Assembly (NCBI GenBank): GCA_033762115.1
Contig: JANRLX010000129.1
Span: forward strand, 1-64,000
Origin: Verrucomicrobiota bacterium
GTDB taxonomy: Bacteria > Verrucomicrobiota > Verrucomicrobiia > Limisphaerales > SXQI01
Direction of reading: 5' to 3'
Length of the DNA stretch: 64,000 bases
The number at the start of each line of letters is the position of its first letter. The stretch's first letter is position 1. Below the pieces are notes generated by a model. The model saw only the letters and a program-made list of their open reading frames with translations, had not been told where the DNA came from and did no database searches. The translations under genes were made by a program, and so were the position numbers. Below, one piece after another: positions 10,408 to 19,843 of this stretch.

Positions 10408-11988
10408 ATGTTTTTTCGTATCGTGCTTTTACTGATGGCAGCCGTCCCGATGTGGGGCCAGGTGGAGGAGGGGGAGTTGGCGGCGGGGAAGGCGTTGTAT
10501 GCGGCGAATTGCCTGATCTGCCACCAGCTTAATGGGCAGGGAACGCCGGGGGCATTTCCGCCGTTGGCAAAGTCGGACTTTTTGGTGAAAGACCTTGAGC
10601 GAAGCATCAAGGCAGTTTGCGAGGGACTTTCCGGGGAGATCGTGGTGAATGGGAGGAGGTACAATAATTCGATGCCGCCAGCGTTGCTGAATGATGATCA
10701 GGTGGCGTCCGTGATGACGTATGTGTTGAATAGTTGGGGAAATGGAGGGGGACGGGTCACGAGGGAGCAGGTGGAGGAGGCGCGCAGGGAGACACAGTAT
10801 CCGACTTTCAGAGCTTTGGAGGAAGCGAACCGGTACGAGCCGCTGCCGAAAGCGGCTGAGGGAATGAAGATTCGTGAGTTGGCCAGGCCGAGCGTCCATT
10901 TCACGCGACTGGCAGGAAAAAAGGGGGGTGGGGATTTATATGGATTGGCTTTGAATGGGGATGTGTTTGCGATTGACCGGACAAACGGCTCTTCGCGGCA
11001 GGTTTTGTGGGGAAGAAATTACATCAACAAGAAACTGGGGGAACCGTTTTGCGCGGGACTATGTTTTGATTCGAAGAACCGGATGTATGTGACGGTGAAC
11101 CAACGGAATGAATCAGGGACGCTGGTGACGAATGAGGTCACGATTTTTCGGTCCACTACCGAGGAGGAAGGGGAGGCAAAGGAGCCAAGGAGTTGGTACA
11201 GGGTGGCGTATCCGCATGGGATCGGGGGGTTCAATCATGGTGTCCACCAGATTGCGGAGGGGCCGGATGGGATGATTTACGTGACGAGCGGTTCGCGGAC
11301 GGATGGGAATGAGGAGGGGAACGACCCAAGGTACTGGAAAGGAGGGGAGCATGAGTTAACTGCGTGCATCTGGCGATTTGATCCTGCGGCGGAGGTTCCC
11401 AGGCTGGAAATTTATGCGCGAGGGTTGCGGAACGCGTTTGGATTTTGTTGGAATGATGCCGGGGAGATGTTTGCGACTGAGAACGGCCCGGATGCGAATG
11501 CCCCGGAAGAGTTGAACCGGATCGAGAAAGGAAAGCATTATGGGTTTCCATATCAATTCGCAGACTGGAATCAGAAAGCGTATCCGTACACACCGGATGC
11601 GCCGAAGGGGCTGGAGTTTACCCGGCCGATCAGGAATTTGGGGCCGGATGGGGGCCGTGGAAAACCGATTTCGACTTTTGATCCGCATTCCTCTCCCGCT
11701 GGAATTGTATGGCTGGGAAAATCGTTTCGCGGCGAATATGGAGAATCCTTTCTGGTGGTGCGTTTTGGGCAGTTGGTGGAAACGGCAGGGGATGTGGGGT
11801 TCGATTTGTTGCGAATCCGGATGAAGGAGGGAGGGGATGCGGAGGTGAAGGTGTTGCTCAGGCCGCTGGCGCGACCGTTGGATTTGAATGTGGCTGATGG
11901 CAAAATTTTTCTTTTGGAGTACACTCGTTCTGTGACAGGGAAAGGTTCAATGGGATTTCCAGGAAGAATACTGGAGATTTCATTTTAA
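10408..11988 (+). CDS. Exported cytochrome c fused to a PQQ/GSDH-type sugar-dehydrogenase beta-propeller
   Basis: Signal peptide, CLICH heme motif and NSMP; GPDGMIYV, ARGLRNAFG, EELNRI..GKHYGFP, HSSPAG. Confidence 0.85.
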   Translation: MFFRIVLLLMAAVPMWGQVEEGELAAGKALYAANCLICHQLNGQGTPGAFPPLAKSDFLVKDLERSIKAVCEGLSGEIVVNGRRYNNSMPPALLNDDQVASVMTYVLNSWGNGGGRVTREQVEEARRETQYPTFRALEEANRYEPLPKAAEGMKIRELARPSVHFTRLAGKKGGGDLYGLALNGDVFAIDRTNGSSRQVLWGRNYINKKLGEPFCAGLCFDSKNRMYVTVNQRNESGTLVTNEVTIFRSTTEEEGEAKEPRSWYRVAYPHGIGGFNHGVHQIAEGPDGMIYVTSGSRTDGNEEGNDPRYWKGGEHELTACIWRFDPAAEVPRLEIYARGLRNAFGFCWNDAGEMFATENGPDANAPEELNRIEKGKHYGFPYQFADWNQKAYPYTPDAPKGLEFTRPIRNLGPDGGRGKPISTFDPHSSPAGIVWLGKSFRGEYGESFLVVRFGQLVETAGDVGFDLLRIRMKEGGDAEVKVLLRPLARPLDLNVADGKIFLLEYTRSVTGKGSMGFPGRILEISF

Positions 11989-11995
11989 GAAGCTC

Positions 11996-12913
11996 ATGCG
12001 GATCTGCGTCATTTTCAATCCGACTGCAAAGGGGGAAAAGGCGGAACGATTGCGAAAGCACCTGGAATCGGTGGCATCCGAATGCTCGTTGAAATTAACA
12101 ACGGGAATGGGCGCGGCGAGGCAACTTGCGGCTGAAGGTGTCCGGCAGGGATATGAGGTGATTGTGGCGGCAGGAGGCGACGGGACGTTGAATGAGGTGT
12201 TGAATGGGATGGGGGATGTGCCAGGTGGCTATGAGAAGTGCAAGCTTGGGGTGCTGCCAATTGGGACGGTAAATGTGTTTGCAAGAGAGATGGGAATTCC
12301 ATTTTCCATCCTGAAAGCGTGGAAAATCATCAAGGCGGGGCATTTCAGGCTGCTGGATTTACCGATTGTGGAGTATGAAGCCGAGGGAAAGCAGGTGCAG
12401 CGGAGGTTTATCCAGATGGCGGGGTTTGGTTTGGATGCGCGGGCGGCGAGCATGGTGGATTGGGGTTTGAAAAAGACTGTTGGACCGATTGCCTACCTGG
12501 TTGCGGGATTGCAGGCGATCAACCATTTGAAGCCGAAGGTTGATGTTTCAGATGGAAAGATGAAGGCAAGTGGAGACCTGGTGATCGTGGGGAATGGGCG
12601 TTATTACGGGGGGAGTTTTGCGCTTTGTCCACAGGCGGATTACACGGATGGAATCCTGGATGTTTCGGTGGTGGAGGAGATTTCGTGGCAAAAGATGCCG
12701 CAGCACTTTTACAATTTTGTCAGCGGGAAGATGTTCAAGCCGGGTGGGACGACTTATTTTCAGGCGAAGGAAGTGACTGTGACGAGCGACATCCCGGTGT
12801 TGTTCCATGTGGAGGGGGAAATCGCAGGACAGGGACCTGCTCGGATCTGGATTGGAAAGTCGAAGTTGCGGGCGATCGTTCCGGCGGGGCCGGGATGTTC
12901 AATCACCGAATAA
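11996..12913 (+). CDS. Diacylglycerol/lipid kinase family (YegS/BmrU-like)
   Basis: NPTA, GGDGTLNEV, PIGTVNVFA, GNGRYYGG. Confidence 0.9.
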   Translation: MRICVIFNPTAKGEKAERLRKHLESVASECSLKLTTGMGAARQLAAEGVRQGYEVIVAAGGDGTLNEVLNGMGDVPGGYEKCKLGVLPIGTVNVFAREMGIPFSILKAWKIIKAGHFRLLDLPIVEYEAEGKQVQRRFIQMAGFGLDARAASMVDWGLKKTVGPIAYLVAGLQAINHLKPKVDVSDGKMKASGDLVIVGNGRYYGGSFALCPQADYTDGILDVSVVEEISWQKMPQHFYNFVSGKMFKPGGTTYFQAKEVTVTSDIPVLFHVEGEIAGQGPARIWIGKSKLRAIVPAGPGCSITE

Positions 12914-13195
12914 TTTTTTCAAGCGGTCGCGAGCGGCTTTTTCCCGGGGGTCTTCCGCGCCGGGACCAGCCCAGGCACGACGAACCAGTTCAAAATATTC
13001 GCAGTAGTTGGCCATCTGTTTGTCGAAAACCCCTTCGGCACGTCGTTCACGGCATTGGTCAGCGGAACGTTTGTCATAGTGAACGCAGTTGAGGCAGACC
13101 TTGAGGTCAGAACCGCACTGGTGGCAGCTTTCGCCACGACCGGGCTGGCCGTTGAGGGTGTATTCCCATCCGCATTTATGGCAATGACGCGTCAT
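12899..13195 (-). CDS. Small Cys-rich putative metal-binding protein
   Basis: CHKC, CHQC, CLNC plus two further Cys in 98 aa. Confidence 0.75.
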   Translation of the reverse strand: MTRHCHKCGWEYTLNGQPGRGESCHQCGSDLKVCLNCVHYDKRSADQCRERRAEGVFDKQMANYCEYFELVRRAWAGPGAEDPREKAARDRLKKLFGD

Positions 13196-13240
13196 TGAAA
13201 GTAGCTTGGAAATTTACGGGAAGCGGGAAGATTTTCCAGA

Positions 13241-14389
13241 TCATTCAGGCAGTTTGCGCCAGGCGTAAAGGAACATGCCGTTGCCATGGATTGTTTGGGG
13301 CCAGAGCCAGCCGCCTGTGGGAGTTGAAAGGCCGATCGGGAGCTTGAGGGGGAGGGGACCGAGCCGAGGGATTTCATTGCGAACGAATTCGACGACATCA
13401 GTGGTTTCGGCCCTGGTCAATGTACAAACGGAATAGATGAGTTTGCCGCCTGGTTTGAGGTTATCAACGACAAGTTTGAGAAGGCGTTTTTGGATTTCTG
13501 CCAGTTCAAGGATGTCCTGCTTGGTGGTGGTCCAGCGGGCATGGGGATTCCGCTGCCACGTGCCGACCCCGCTGCATGGAGCATCGACAAGGATGCCATC
13601 GCACGGTGTTTTAAAGGGGAGGGGTGGTTCACCTTTCCACTGGCGCTGGCGGTAGTTGAAGACCTTTGCGCGACCGGCGCGCTTTTTGAGGTTGTCGAGG
13701 CGCCACTCGGCGGGATCGGTGGCCCAAAGAAGCCCTTTGTTTTGCATGAGATCGGCAAGGTGGAGAGTCTTGCCGCCTTCACCGGCGCAGGCATCCCACC
13801 ATGTTTCACCGGGATTGGGAGCGCAAACATGACCGACAACCTGGGAGCTGATATCCTGAATTTCAAGGGAGCCTTCTTTGAAAGGGGCTGAACGGAAGAG
13901 ATCGTCTGGCCCCTTGTACTGAAATGAATTTGGGAAAGGGCCTGGGTAAAAATAACGGAGCGCCTCAATTTCAGAGGTGCTTGAAGACTTTGCACGAATC
14001 CAGAGTGGGGCGGGAGTCTGGAGAGAACGGGTCCATTCCTGAAGGAATTGGACACGGGTGGCCGGGGGCTGTTCCGGCAGGGCCAGTTCAGCAGTGATCC
14101 AGCGGGGAATGGCATTGGAAAGAATTTCGGCGGGGGTGAAGGTTTCCGGCTCGGTTTGCCAGCGGCGTTCGAAATCCATTCCCGCAGCGAGCTGGCCATG
14201 GATGGGGAGGTTGGGATCGATCCAGCCGTTCCAACGTGAATGAGCGAAAAGAGTTTCACTGATGCTGGCGCGAAGCCCGGGATTGATGGTGCGATTTTTT
14301 CGGAAATAATCGCGAATGGCAGCATCAAGCGGACGATTGGGCGCGACTTGTTCGAGGATTCGGATGGCTTCCTGGAGGTGAGGTTTCAT
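13241..14389 (-). CDS. RsmB/NOP-family m5C RNA methyltransferase
   Basis: QDISSQ, DACAGEGGKT, DAPCSGVG, YSVCT. Confidence 0.9.
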   Translation of the reverse strand: MKPHLQEAIRILEQVAPNRPLDAAIRDYFRKNRTINPGLRASISETLFAHSRWNGWIDPNLPIHGQLAAGMDFERRWQTEPETFTPAEILSNAIPRWITAELALPEQPPATRVQFLQEWTRSLQTPAPLWIRAKSSSTSEIEALRYFYPGPFPNSFQYKGPDDLFRSAPFKEGSLEIQDISSQVVGHVCAPNPGETWWDACAGEGGKTLHLADLMQNKGLLWATDPAEWRLDNLKKRAGRAKVFNYRQRQWKGEPPLPFKTPCDGILVDAPCSGVGTWQRNPHARWTTTKQDILELAEIQKRLLKLVVDNLKPGGKLIYSVCTLTRAETTDVVEFVRNEIPRLGPLPLKLPIGLSTPTGGWLWPQTIHGNGMFLYAWRKLPE

Positions 14390-15519
14390 TCGTTGATTTT
14401 CAAGGGGCCGTAAACATGGACCGCAAAAGGAGTGAATTCATCCGTGATCCATTGCTGATCGGGAAGGAGGGAGCGACTTTCATCCAGAACCGGGACGGGA
14501 GCGTTGGCGGGCATGGGTAATTTAAAGCGAATGATCTGCAGGTGAGGGGTGGTGTTGACGGCAACAAAATAACGTCCCCTCGGAACGGCATTGGAACCTT
14601 TGGCGACATCGAGAAAGGTGAGGGAGATGCTCGCCTGATAAACTTCGTTGTATTCGATGGATCGGTCCGTGTAACGGATTTCATAAGGCCACCAGAGCTG
14701 TTTTGAATGTGCAAACAGGGGATGGCGGCTGTTGATTTCGGCAACAACCTGTTTGAGATCGGCCCATGTTTCAGGATGAGCAGGCATATTCCACCTGGAG
14801 TCCTGATAGCAATAATAAAAAATGCCATCGGCCTGATTGGCGAGGGCCATGTAAGTCATGCAACGGAGTTCCTCGCGAGTGGGAGGGCGAAGGCCGGGAC
14901 GAGGGGGGAAAATGTGCGGGTAAGCGCTCCAATTGAAGGCCTGGATGACAGCGAACATTGGTTTATCGGGTCCAAGGGTGGCGCGGGTAAGTTTGAGATG
15001 GGCTGCAAATGTGGAGAGAGGTTGCCAGCCGACAGGGTAACGATCATTCATCGTGATGTCGGCAATATTCCCGTAGTGCAAAGCAGAGGTCCCGGAAAGG
15101 AGGACGAGGGTAGTCGGCTTTTTTGCGCCGAGTGACTTGAGGAGGCGTTGCCTTGAACGGATCGTGTCGGGTGGGACGTTCCAGAGATCGGGTTCATCAG
15201 CGATCTGCCATCCGAAGAGCGTAGGTTGGGAATCAAATTTTCGGATCAAGGGGGTGACGATGACCGGATCGAAATTTCCCTTTTGATCTTGGTTGGGAAC
15301 GATAGCGAGAAGTTTTAAATTTTGATTTTTTACGGCGTTGAACAGGTCTGGATTAATTGAAGTGCAAACGGTGTTGAAGCCAGCGGAACGAATTTCAGCG
15401 AGTTCGTTAGTGTCATTGATGCCGTAGATACCGACGGGATAAAAGGGGGTGTGGGCGCAACCGGAAGCAAGCCCCAGGAGGGCCGCAAGGAAAAGGGTCA
15501 TTGCCCAGGGGAGGTTCAT
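14386..15519 (-). CDS. Lipoprotein with putative glycoside-hydrolase TIM barrel
   Basis: Lipobox LASGC; GFNTV, GWQIADEPD, DRYP motifs resembling clan GH-A-like barrels. Confidence 0.6.
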   Translation of the reverse strand: MNLPWAMTLFLAALLGLASGCAHTPFYPVGIYGINDTNELAEIRSAGFNTVCTSINPDLFNAVKNQNLKLLAIVPNQDQKGNFDPVIVTPLIRKFDSQPTLFGWQIADEPDLWNVPPDTIRSRQRLLKSLGAKKPTTLVLLSGTSALHYGNIADITMNDRYPVGWQPLSTFAAHLKLTRATLGPDKPMFAVIQAFNWSAYPHIFPPRPGLRPPTREELRCMTYMALANQADGIFYYCYQDSRWNMPAHPETWADLKQVVAEINSRHPLFAHSKQLWWPYEIRYTDRSIEYNEVYQASISLTFLDVAKGSNAVPRGRYFVAVNTTPHLQIIRFKLPMPANAPVPVLDESRSLLPDQQWITDEFTPFAVHVYGPLKINE

Positions 15520-15567
15520 GGCGCGGGGGCGCTGGGTTTCTTTTGAGTCTGCAGTCTGGAATCGATC

Positions 15568-16740
15568 TCAATCATGAGCAAGTGTGTGGGCCTCGCGGAT
15601 GCGTTCGATGACAAAATCCTGGTCCGCACGGGTGAGACTGCTGGAGCTGGGAAGGCAGATACCGCGCAGATTCAGGTCTTCAGCAACATCTCCGCCGATA
15701 CACTCATATTGTTTGTAGAGTTTCTGAGTATGCATCGGTTTCCAAACGGGCCTGGATTCGACATTGGCGGCATCCAGGAACTGAATCAGACTGGCCTGGG
15801 AGAGGCCGAAACGGGATTCATCGATGAGGAAGCAGCTCAGCCAGTTGGTGTGAATGCCGTAGGGAGCCTGGGGCATCAGTTCAATACCGGGAATCCGGGC
15901 GAGTTGATCGCGATAATAAAAAGCGATTTCCCGACGTTGCTGAACGCGTTGGGGGAGGATTTCCAACTGGCCACGTGCAATTCCTGCGAGGACGTTGCTG
16001 AGACGGTAATTATAGCCAAGTTCTGAATGGAGATAATTGATACCGGGATCACGGGCCTGGGTGCTCCAGAAACGGGCCTTGTCAACCAGGGTTTTGTTTT
16101 GAGAGACGAGCATGCCGCCGCTGGTTGCCGTGATGATTTTATTTCCGTTAAAGGAGAAAACACCGATATCTCCAAAGGTGCCGGGAGAGCGCCCCTTGTA
16201 CACAGCACCGAGAGCTTCGGCAGCGTCTTCAAGCAAGGGAAGCGAATATTGGCGGCATAGTTGGAGGATGGGGTCGAGATCTGCGCTTTGCCCGAAGAGA
16301 TGCACAACGGTAACAGCTTTAGGCAATTTGTTGAGGCGAGCGCGATTTTTAAGAAAGTCAGACAAGAGGTTGGGATCGAGATTCCACGAGGCGCGGTCAC
16401 TGTCGATGAACACAGGAACCGCATGCTCGTAGAGAATGGGGTTGCAACTGGCGGCGAAGGTAAGCGTGGGAGTGACTACTTCGTCGCCGGTTTTCACGCC
16501 GAGCAATTTCAATCCCAGGTGAATGGCTGCTGTGCCGCTGCTGAGGGCGACGGAATGGGAGCCGACGAGAGTGGAAAATTCGGATTCGAGAGCGGTCAGA
16601 TTGGGGCCGACGGTGGAGAGCCAATTGGATTGGAAGGCGTCCTGGACATATTTGAATTCGTTTCCGCCCATGTGAGGAACCGAGAGGAGAATCCGATGGG
16701 TGGATCTGACGGCAGGAGAAAGCGGGAGAGCGGTTTTCAC
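15568..16740 (-). CDS. DegT/DnrJ/EryC1/StrS sugar aminotransferase (PglE/EpsN-like)
   Basis: SSGTAAIHL, EDAAEALG, SFNGNKIIT, GYNYRLSN, SRPVWKPMH. Confidence 0.93.
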   Translation of the reverse strand: MKTALPLSPAVRSTHRILLSVPHMGGNEFKYVQDAFQSNWLSTVGPNLTALESEFSTLVGSHSVALSSGTAAIHLGLKLLGVKTGDEVVTPTLTFAASCNPILYEHAVPVFIDSDRASWNLDPNLLSDFLKNRARLNKLPKAVTVVHLFGQSADLDPILQLCRQYSLPLLEDAAEALGAVYKGRSPGTFGDIGVFSFNGNKIITATSGGMLVSQNKTLVDKARFWSTQARDPGINYLHSELGYNYRLSNVLAGIARGQLEILPQRVQQRREIAFYYRDQLARIPGIELMPQAPYGIHTNWLSCFLIDESRFGLSQASLIQFLDAANVESRPVWKPMHTQKLYKQYECIGGDVAEDLNLRGICLPSSSSLTRADQDFVIERIREAHTLAHD

Positions 16741-17357
16741 GTTTGTTCTGATTTGCGCCTGGCGGGTTCAGGGCCGAGAAATTCCGGCATGGGAACCGAT
16801 TCTGAAGAGTTGATTCCTTCGCGCAGAAAGACTTTGGCGAAGGTTTTTAAAATGATACGAATATCCAGCCACAGGTTGTGGTTATCGACGTACCAGACGT
16901 CCAAGGCAAACTTTTCTTCCCATGAGAGCGCGTTGCGGCCATTGATTTGTGCCCATCCGGTGATGCCGGGAGGAACTTCGTGGCGTCTGGCCTGTTCTGA
17001 AGTGTAGCGGGAGAGGTACTGCATCAGGAGGGGACGAGGACCCACGAGACTCATTTCGCCGCGAATGACGTTCAACAGTTCCGGAAGTTCATCCAGGGAA
17101 GAGGAGCGGAGCCATTTTCCAAAAGGGGTGAGTCGTTCGGCATCGGGAAGCAGTTCGCCAGAGGCATTGCGGGCGTTGGTCATGGAACGAAATTTGAACA
17201 TCATGAATGGCTGATGGTTTTTCCCGGGCCTTTGTTGCTGAAAAAGAACGGGAGTTCCGAGTTTTATTTTTACAAGGATGGCAACGAGGAGGAGCAGTGG
17301 AAACCAAAAGGGAAGGGAGATTGCAACCAGGAAAAGATCGAAAAATCGTTTAGCCAT
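16737..17357 (-). CDS. Small phosphoglycosyl transferase (PglC/EpsL-like)
   Basis: KRFFD, KFRSM, SLDELPEL, MSLVGPRP, PGITGWAQING; start placed at ATG 17357. Confidence 0.92.
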   Translation of the reverse strand: MAKRFFDLFLVAISLPFWFPLLLLVAILVKIKLGTPVLFQQQRPGKNHQPFMMFKFRSMTNARNASGELLPDAERLTPFGKWLRSSSLDELPELLNVIRGEMSLVGPRPLLMQYLSRYTSEQARRHEVPPGITGWAQINGRNALSWEEKFALDVWYVDNHNLWLDIRIILKTFAKVFLREGINSSESVPMPEFLGPEPARRKSEQT

Positions 17358-17358
17358 G

Positions 17359-17922
17359 TTAATGGGCGATTGAACGAGGGGGAACTGAAGTGTGGTCCGG
17401 AAGTTCTGTCCCGGATGGAATGACAGCAGCAGCGCCGAGCAGGGAGAAAGAGCCGAGTTTGGATCGGCCACCAACCACACTGGCAGGTGCGATATGGGAA
17501 TGGGAGCCGATCCGTGCGTCGTGGTCAACGGAGCAATTCAGATTCAGAATGCAATTGTCCCCGATCAGGGCTTCTGTGTTGATGACAGATCCTGGGCAAA
17601 ACACATTTCCGCGGCCAATTTTAACACTGCTGGAAAGGAAGGCATTGGGATCGATGAGATTGATGGGTTCGCCGCCGCGTGCGAGGAGGGCATTGAAAAT
17701 ACGGGCACGGGAGGAGTTGTCGCCAATGGCAACCAGGAACTGGAAGGAGGACAACTCCAGCCAGCGAGGATTGGAGGTGTTTACCAGGGGCACGTTGAGG
17801 AGATGAGGTTGAGTGGCGCGATCATCCACCGCAAGAGAAACGGTCAAACCGGAGCGACGGGCAATTTCAATGACGACGCGGCCATGACCGCCAGCGCCGA
17901 AAATGATGAGAGGTGGATTCAT
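17359..17922 (-). CDS. Hexapeptide-repeat sugar acetyltransferase (PglD/NeuD/EpsM-like)
   Basis: IFGAGGHG, AIGDN..R, VDHD hexapeptide repeats. Confidence 0.9.
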   Translation of the reverse strand: MNPPLIIFGAGGHGRVVIEIARRSGLTVSLAVDDRATQPHLLNVPLVNTSNPRWLELSSFQFLVAIGDNSSRARIFNALLARGGEPINLIDPNAFLSSSVKIGRGNVFCPGSVINTEALIGDNCILNLNCSVDHDARIGSHSHIAPASVVGGRSKLGSFSLLGAAAVIPSGTELPDHTSVPPRSIAH

Positions 17923-19130
17923 TCGGGCAGGACCTGGAGCAATGCTTCGTGCATACGCCGGGAGAGTTTGGCAAAATCATGATTCTCTTCAACATACTTT
18001 CGGGCACGAAGTCCCATTTCCCAGCGTTGGGAAAGAGGTAGAGAAGAGAGTTGCTTCATGGCGGCGATGATGCTTTGAGGATTTTCCGGCGGGACCGTGA
18101 TTCCGGCATTGGCTTCCTGGATGGGATTATTCGAGCTGCGGATGCCAAAAATAATCGGACGGGAGCAGGCCATATAATCAAAAAGTTTATTAGGACTGAC
18201 GCCATGTTGAAAGAGATCAACATCCTTGAGCATGGCAATGAGAGCGTCCGCCTCCTGCATGACATTGAAGATTTGAGATTTTGGAACGGGATCACAAAAT
18301 TCCACGTTGGTCAGCCCCTCAAGGCGAGCGCGCTCCTTCAAGGCAGGTTTGTTGGGACCGTCTCCGATTAAACGAAACCGTAATTTGGGATCGCCGGACT
18401 TGATCAAGGTTCCTGCTGCATCGAGGATAGTGTCCAAACCATTTGCCAGGCCATGAGCCCCGGCATAAAGAACGGTGAAGGTTTCCCGTTCCACGGGCGG
18501 GCTGGATGGAGGGACCAGGTGAAGATCAATGCCATTTGGAATGGAAATTATGTGCTGGCGGATAGCGCCCTTTGCCACCATGTGGTCAGCAGATCCAGGC
18601 AGTAGCGTAAAAATGCGCCGTGCTTTGCGGTAAAGGCGCTTTTCCAGAACTGTCATGAGAAGCACCAACGGATGATGTCGTTTCATGTTTCCCAGCTGGA
18701 TCAGGCTTTCAGGCCAAAGGTCACGGACCTCCATCACAAAAGGTACGTGGCGGGAAGCGGCCAGTTTTTCAGCACCAGTGGCTGCAAACAGGTGGGGGCT
18801 GGAGCCGATGACGATGTCGGGAGAAGGCAATTGGCGGGTCTGTGAAGGGAGCAACCGCGCGAAACCGACCATGTTGCGGAGCCGGGAAAAAGAATTTCCG
18901 GTGTAAGGCGGAGTCCGAATCCATAAAAAAGGAACTCCTGCCACTTTTTCGAGAAGTGAATCCGAGCCCGGTTTGAGGCGAGTTTCTGATCGGGTGGTAT
19001 GATCAAAACTGGAGGCGATCAGCGTCACGTCATGCCCGAGAGCAATTAATTCCCTGGCAAGAGTGTAATGGCGGGTACCGCCAGCCTGGGTTGGAGGAAC
19101 GGCATAATGATTAACAAACCAAATCTTCAT
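17919..19130 (-). CDS. GT4 glycosyltransferase (WbuB-like)
   Basis: EVRDLWPESL, YAGAHGLANGL, SPNKLFDYMA; start placed at ATG 19130. Confidence 0.9.
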   Translation of the reverse strand: MKIWFVNHYAVPPTQAGGTRHYTLARELIALGHDVTLIASSFDHTTRSETRLKPGSDSLLEKVAGVPFLWIRTPPYTGNSFSRLRNMVGFARLLPSQTRQLPSPDIVIGSSPHLFAATGAEKLAASRHVPFVMEVRDLWPESLIQLGNMKRHHPLVLLMTVLEKRLYRKARRIFTLLPGSADHMVAKGAIRQHIISIPNGIDLHLVPPSSPPVERETFTVLYAGAHGLANGLDTILDAAGTLIKSGDPKLRFRLIGDGPNKPALKERARLEGLTNVEFCDPVPKSQIFNVMQEADALIAMLKDVDLFQHGVSPNKLFDYMACSRPIIFGIRSSNNPIQEANAGITVPPENPQSIIAAMKQLSSLPLSQRWEMGLRARKYVEENHDFAKLSRRMHEALLQVLPE

Positions 19131-19134
19131 CCGG

Positions 19135-19767
19135 TCATACAATTACGGTTGCAGGGATGCCTGAGGCGAGACGGCCTTCCGGGATATCGTTCAGGGCAAG
19201 AGAGCAACCACTCAAACGAGACCAGGGTCCCATGGACTTTCCTGGGGCAAGCACGGCATTCGATCCGAGAAAGGCGCCCTGGCCTACCTTGCAATAACCT
19301 GAAACACGAACGCCGGGGCAGAGTTGGGAAAAGGAAGCGATTTCGCTGTCGTGACCGATTGAGGCATGGACGTTAACGAGGGCAAATTCTCCCACTACAG
19401 CTCTGGAACCAATGGTTGAGCAGGGGGCAACATACGTTCCTGATCCAACACGAGCCGACGGACTGACGATGACGGCAGGATGAATCACTGTTAATGTTTT
19501 TTTCTCCGCGGCGATTAACCGAATGGCAAGATTCTGGCGGGCGGTATTATTTCCAATCGCCAGAAAAAAGAAGGAATGTTTCGGAGTGGAATGGATAAAC
19601 TGGTCAACCGACCCAAGGCATTGGTAACCGTGGATTGGTTGGTTGTGGAAAGCCGGATTGTCGTCATACAGACCCCGGATAAGGAAAGGGAGATTGGAAG
19701 CATGAATCGCATCAATGACTTCCCCGGCATGTCCACCTGCTCCGATGATCCACAAATCTTCAGTCAT
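19135..19767 (-). CDS. Second hexapeptide-repeat sugar acetyltransferase (NeuD/PglD-like)
   Basis: IIGAGGHA, AIGNN..R, IGHD, GIPA. Confidence 0.9.
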   Translation of the reverse strand: MTEDLWIIGAGGHAGEVIDAIHASNLPFLIRGLYDDNPAFHNQPIHGYQCLGSVDQFIHSTPKHSFFFLAIGNNTARQNLAIRLIAAEKKTLTVIHPAVIVSPSARVGSGTYVAPCSTIGSRAVVGEFALVNVHASIGHDSEIASFSQLCPGVRVSGYCKVGQGAFLGSNAVLAPGKSMGPWSRLSGCSLALNDIPEGRLASGIPATVIV

Positions 19768-19843
19768 GCAGAGGGATTAAAAAATTGCATTGGATGATTT
19801 TTGGTTTAATGGAGGGCAACAGGCAAGCCACCAGTTCACGCAC

